A stretch of DNA of 64,000 nt from the human T2T-CHM13v2.0 reference genome, Homo sapiens: assembly GCF_009914755.1 (NCBI RefSeq), contig NC_060925.1; one strand, written 5' to 3'. Below, piece after piece: positions 53,966 to 64,000 of this stretch. The position numbers and the translations under genes were made by a program. Under the pieces are notes generated by a model that did no database searches, was not told the origin of the DNA, and saw only the letters and a list, made by a program, of their open reading frames with translations. Every line of letters starts with the position of its first letter. The first letter of the stretch is position 1.

Positions 53966-56900
53966 TTATGTCCCCAAATGACACTGAGCTCCACAATCAC
54001 TGGACATCGAACTACTGCACACAAGGTTGACACTCCATGCCAAGCCATCTAGTCCCTACACACAAGGCAGAAGGACCCTATGTATAACTCTTCAGAAAGA
54101 AAAGTGAAGGTAGGGCTGCAAAGAGTCAGGGATTGTGGGGCAGGGAACCAAGAGAGCGGACCAATACATCTGATGGAATTAAGAGCTATTCTTTTATTTT
54201 CTTTTGAGACAGGGTCTTCCTCTGTCACCCAAGCTGGAGTGCAGTGGTACAATCACAGCTCACTGCAACCTCCACCTCCCAGGTTCAAGCCATCCTCCCC
54301 TCCTGCCTCAGCCTCCCGAGTGCCTGGGGCTATGAGTAGCATGCACTACCAAGTAGCACACACCACATCTGGCTAATTTTTGAATTTTTTTTTTGGTAGA
54401 AACAGGGTTTTGCCATGTTGCCCAGACTGGTCTTGAACTCCTGGGCTCAAGCAACCTGCCAGCCTTGGCCTCCCAAAGTGCTGGGATTACAGGCATGAGC
54501 CACGGTGCCTGGTCAGAGCTATTTCGTATAAATGCTCATCCAGAAAACAGAATCCTAGTCTGCAGGGGAACACCCATACCCTCTCAGTCTAGGAAAGAGC
54601 CGCTATGTAAACCTCCTCCCCCAACTGAAAGACGAACAACATGGTGGGAGTGACCACTTGGATACCCAGAGGAGGGAGGGAACGGTCAGACGTGTGTGGC
54701 TCATGAGGGAAGAGCAGCTGCTTGAAGCTGAGAGGAATGGCAAGATGGTCCAGGAGAGCCAGGGATGCTGGGTCCAGCAAACACCTGGCAATCCTAGGAC
54801 TCAGCAAGAAGCCGCAGCAGGATGACCATGACAGTCTTTTCCAGGCTCCCCACCCCTTGTTCTCCTGGGAAGGAGATGAGGCGGTGGGATTTAGGCTGGC
54901 CCAGAAAGTGAAAGCAGAGACAGGAAGAAAAGAGAGTGGTGAAATTGTTATCCACAGTGACCTGGAGACTAGTTGGTGCCACTGACTGAAGACAGAGCCT
55001 GAGACCACAGCTGGGCTGGGCTGGTCCTGCTGCTGCTCTGACAGCTCCCGCTCCACCCCCACCCACCACTGTAGCCCTTGCGAAATCCCTCAGCCTGTCA
55101 CGGGTCAGTATTCCAGCTCAAGGACTTTACCCCCTTGTCCCCACTCCTGGTCACTGCTCTCTCGGATGAAATCAGAGGTCAGCACTGCCAGTAAAGGAGC
55201 TTCAGCTCCACCTTCTCCCCTCCTCCTCCCCCAAATCACACACACACATTCCAGACACTGCCCCTGCCCCCTCCACCTCAGCCAGAATAAATATTTAATT
55301 AAACAGATGGAAGCCTTCTGAACTGAACAAAATTAAATGTAATTATCCACAGTGGAACTTTCCCCACACAAACACACACTTTTTTCCTAGAGAAAAGTTG
55401 TAGAAAATTGAATAAAGAAGGGACAAGGGTAGAAAATGCACAGAGAAGGGACAATGCGGAACACTTTGATGTGTGCACATGGCCCCCTCTTCCCACTTTT
55501 TTGCTCAGCCTGATTGGAAGCGAGAAATCAGCCTGACCCAGTCACCTGACTGCTGTCTCTTGGAGCCCAACTTCTCCAGGGAAATGTAAAGCCAAAGGTA
55601 CCATGTTGCCCTGGCAGTCCTAGACTTCAGATCCCATCCCCAACCAGGTCTGTGAAAACTGGCAGGGATGTTTCTCTAGTCAGGCGGCAGGCTGGAGTCG
55701 CAGAGGGAGGGTGGAGCCCCTGCTGGACTCCTGGGGCCCAGGAATGTCTCATGCCTGCAAAGCAGGGGGTGGGGGGCAGGCAAAGTAGGCACTAGAGCAT
55801 GGTCAAGGACAGACACCTGGGCAGTGCAACTTCCTCATCCCCAAGATGAGATAGCGCCTGTCCTCTTCCACTCCAAGCAGGGAGAGTGGAAGACTTGGGA
55901 AATGCAGATTAATGGGGGCTTTTACACCGAGGTTGCAGGCTTCCCATGACCACAGCCCTCCCTGGTGGTCCTGCACCTCCATTAGCAGAGAGGCACTACC
56001 CCCATCTCCCCAGCAGGGAGGCCCCAGATTCAGCAGGGTCAGGACCTCTGACTCAACATGAAGAGAGGGGAGGACAGCTGGGGCCTGGCCGGCCTCACTT
56101 ACACATCCCCACAGAACCAAAGAGTTGGGTCCCTGTGGCAGTACTGGGGAGGCCTCTTAGCACCAGCACACAGATCCAAGCAAGACCCCATAAACAAGAG
56201 GCTGGGGCAAGAAAAGCTGAAGTGTACACACGGTAAGGAGACAACCCTGTTTTTCCAGGCCCCCTGGGCCTTCAGGGCAGTTACTTGACTTCTTATGGAG
56301 AAAATCACATCTAGAAACACTTTTCCACCCAGACTTCACTCCCCCATACACATGAAGAGACATGGTATCTGTCTACGCTCTCTCTCACACACACCTGCCT
56401 TGGAGGCACAGATGCCACTTTCTGAGGCACAGGCTGGAGAGGGGCCAGAAGAGCAGGGATTTAACTGGCATTAGATTAGCAGGAACTTGAGCAGGACTCT
56501 GTCCAGCCCCAACCTTTGCCCCAACTCTGACTGACACCCCCACAAGACCCCTCTAGGTGGATGAAAGGAGCAGAGGATCCCCATGGGAGTTTGTAGATCC
56601 AAACGGCTGAGAAGGCAGAAGTTTCGGCCTGAGAGGAAGGAATTCTCTCAGACTCCAGGTGGTCAGTCTGACTGGCTCTCATAGTTTGGAAGAATAACTG
56701 AGGAAAATAGAAAGGAGTTGTTGACAAGGGAGGAGTGACAAAGGTCCCACCGGCTCCCTGCTTCCACTGAAGAAGTCCTGAATAGTCTTCCTTGTTGAAA
56801 ACTTTCAGGCAACAGAAGCAGGTCATGAACTAGAAGTCTACAAGCCATGGATGGAGCCAATGAGAGGTGTGTTATCCCTCCAGGCTGCAGGATGGGCCTC

Positions 56901-57699
56901 AAAATAAGCCAGATTGTAAAAAAGAGGTGGGTGAGAGGCAGTCAGAACAGTAGTCCTCAGCCTCATCTGGCCTACAGCTTGTCTGCAAAGTCCCACCAAA
57001 GGCCTCCACGGACCCAAACACTGCATGAGACTATGGCCCCAGGGGCAGGGAGACGCCGGTGGGTTTGAGAGACAGCTGGGGCGGTGTTGAAGGACACAGT
57101 GAGGGATCAGCCAGCCTATGGCCAGTGACAGGGGTAAAAGGAGGCCCTTCCTCCCAGGGGAAAATCTGGCCAGAGGCCCCAGTGAGGGAAGTGGGGGACC
57201 AGGGGAGAAAAGGATCCCTCTCTGGAACAGACTGTGCAGATCACGGTATGGTCAGCGCCAGGTCCTCAGGGACAGGACTGCAGGCAAGTCCTTACCCTTA
57301 GGAGCCCCTTTACATGTGCAGCCACTCACACCCCGGTGCGGTCATCCCGACTCCGGTATGCGGCAGCAACCGCCACCCACCCCTGCCCCAGCACAGATAT
57401 GGGGGTGACTGCCTGCTGGAGGCCTGCTCGGACTCACTTCTCCAGGAACAGGGGCTCACTGCATTCGCCACGATCCTCAGAACCCCCTGAACCTGGGCCT
57501 GGCAACTCAGGTGACTGAAACCAGGTTTTGATGCCAGGAGCTAGGCTTAGGGAGGGAGAGACTCCAACTGCAGGCTAAAGATGAGTGCTCTACACCTGCA
57601 GTCAACCCACTTGCCACGGGCCTCTAGTGATTAACAAGCTACGGCCCAGAAAGCCAGTTCCACCAGGAGCTCCCTTGCCAGCCATCCACACCTCATAAC

Positions 57700-62697
<4,998 letters not shown>

Positions 62698-63330
62698 CTA
62701 AGATTTCCTCCAACTCTGCAATTCTAAAATGTACAACATGGGGAAGGAAGGTGATCAGTACAACTGTAAACAACTGCAATCCGGCCCTGAAGTTGAACAA
62801 AACAAAACCTAGGGAGAGGAATGAGTTTGTAGCAGGTTTCAATGCAGCGATTGTGAACGCATCACACACACACTCCTCACAGGCAAGGACTTCGCTTCTG
62901 CCATGTGACTGAGACTCTGTTGGACTTCTCCAAATTCAGAGTTCAGCCTGGCATGCCGGCCAGGAGCCCCTTGGAGAGATTCGGCGTGAGGAAACAGGAG
63001 GCCTCACGCTTCCTTCGGTTCTCCCTAAATCTGCTGGGCAGGTAGCCAGAAGAAACTCTGAAGGGTACAGAAAGCCAAGGGCCAGGGGGACCCCGGCTGC
63101 GGAGCTGCAGTACCGTGTTTACCCAGCCTAACTGCGGTCACCCAGTCTCCTGCATGTGTCTGAGGTCAGCCTCGGGGGCTCCCCTGAGTAGGTATCTACC
63201 TGAGGCTCTTCCCCTGATGCTACCTGCATACCAATTCCACCCAGGAACCTGGCGTCCTCAGGAGGCTGCACTTCCCAAGTGGGCTGAGACAGCCCCTTAA
63301 TATGTGGGGCTGGAGCCAGAGACCTCAAGG

Positions 63331-63388
63331 GGCCACTAGGGGGCTCGAGACTCTCAGTGGCTGCTGACGCCCTCTTGTGGCCATTTTG
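63331..63388. promoter_or_regulatory. Two CTCF-like motifs plus an overlapping YY1-like motif
   Basis: CCACTAGGGGGC (+, 63333); TGGCCACAAGAGGGCGTCAG (-, 63364-63383); AAAATGGC (-, 63380-63387). Confidence 0.7.
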
Positions 63389-63499
63389 GGGATTGGCCAG
63401 AAAAGTTTCAGAAGCGAGCCAAGATCGGAATTCTTAAGGAGGTAAGTAATAACAACAGTAACAGTTACCATATAACAATACTTATCGTTATATATTTGA

Positions 63500-63810
63500 T
63501 AACATTGTGACATTTCTACTTAACAGCGCTGTGCCCAGAACTCTTCTAAGTGCTTTATATGCACTGTAGTTATTTAATTCTCACAACAACCTATAACATA
63601 AACACTATTACTTGTCTGTTGATGATGAGGAAACTGAGCACAGAATAGTTGCCCAAGGTCACACAGAAGACCAGAATCCCGACTCTGAGAAGTCTGGCTC
63701 CAGAAGCTTTGCTTTTAGCCACCACGCTGAGACTGAGTTCCATTTTGGGGTTGTCAGGTGAAATACAGGACACACTGTTAAACTATAATTTCAGATAAAC
63801 AAAAAATAAT
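63500..63810. mobile_element. MIR (minus) followed by a MER33-like fragment
   Basis: gatgaggaaactgag..ttgcccaaggtcacacag (MIR); ggggttgtcaggtgaaatacagga..tttcagataaacaa (MER33-like). Confidence 0.7.
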
Positions 63811-64000
63811 AATTACAGGCGGTGGCTCACGCCTGTAATCCCAGCACTTTGGGAGTCCAAGGCAGGTGGATCACGAGGTCAGGAGTTCGAGACTAGCCTG
63901 GCCAACATGGTGAAACCCTATCTCTACTAAGAATACAAAAAATTAGCCAGGCATGATGGCAGGCGCCTATAATCCCAGCTACTCGGGAGGCGGAGGCAGG

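Overview
Human (primate) genomic DNA, recognisable as the 1q21.3 SETDB1-CERS2 locus. The + strand carries the complete SETDB1 gene: a CpG-island promoter at ~9.8-10.4 kb, non-coding exon 1 and 21 coding exons (11400-48063). Hand-splicing at GT-AG junctions gives 3876 nt, i.e. 1291 aa. The - strand carries the complete CERS2 gene, convergent and tail-to-tail with SETDB1: a CpG-island promoter at ~57.7-59.2 kb and 10 coding exons (52786-49844), giving 1143 nt, i.e. 380 aa. The rest is very Alu-dense with L1, L2, MIR, MaLR and MER fragments, and nearly all ORFs in the track are Alu or GC-island artefacts. I see no convincing wholly new multi-gene system. The best leads are: a cluster of stop-containing exits (including a 21-nt poison microexon candidate) in SETDB1 intron 9; histone-H3-mimic repeats in SETDB1; an alternative CERS2 first exon with an in-frame upstream ATG; two locally templated Alu insertions; a very young L1 stub; a retroposed ERV-LTR 3' end; and a CTCF/CTCF/YY1 cluster near the right end.
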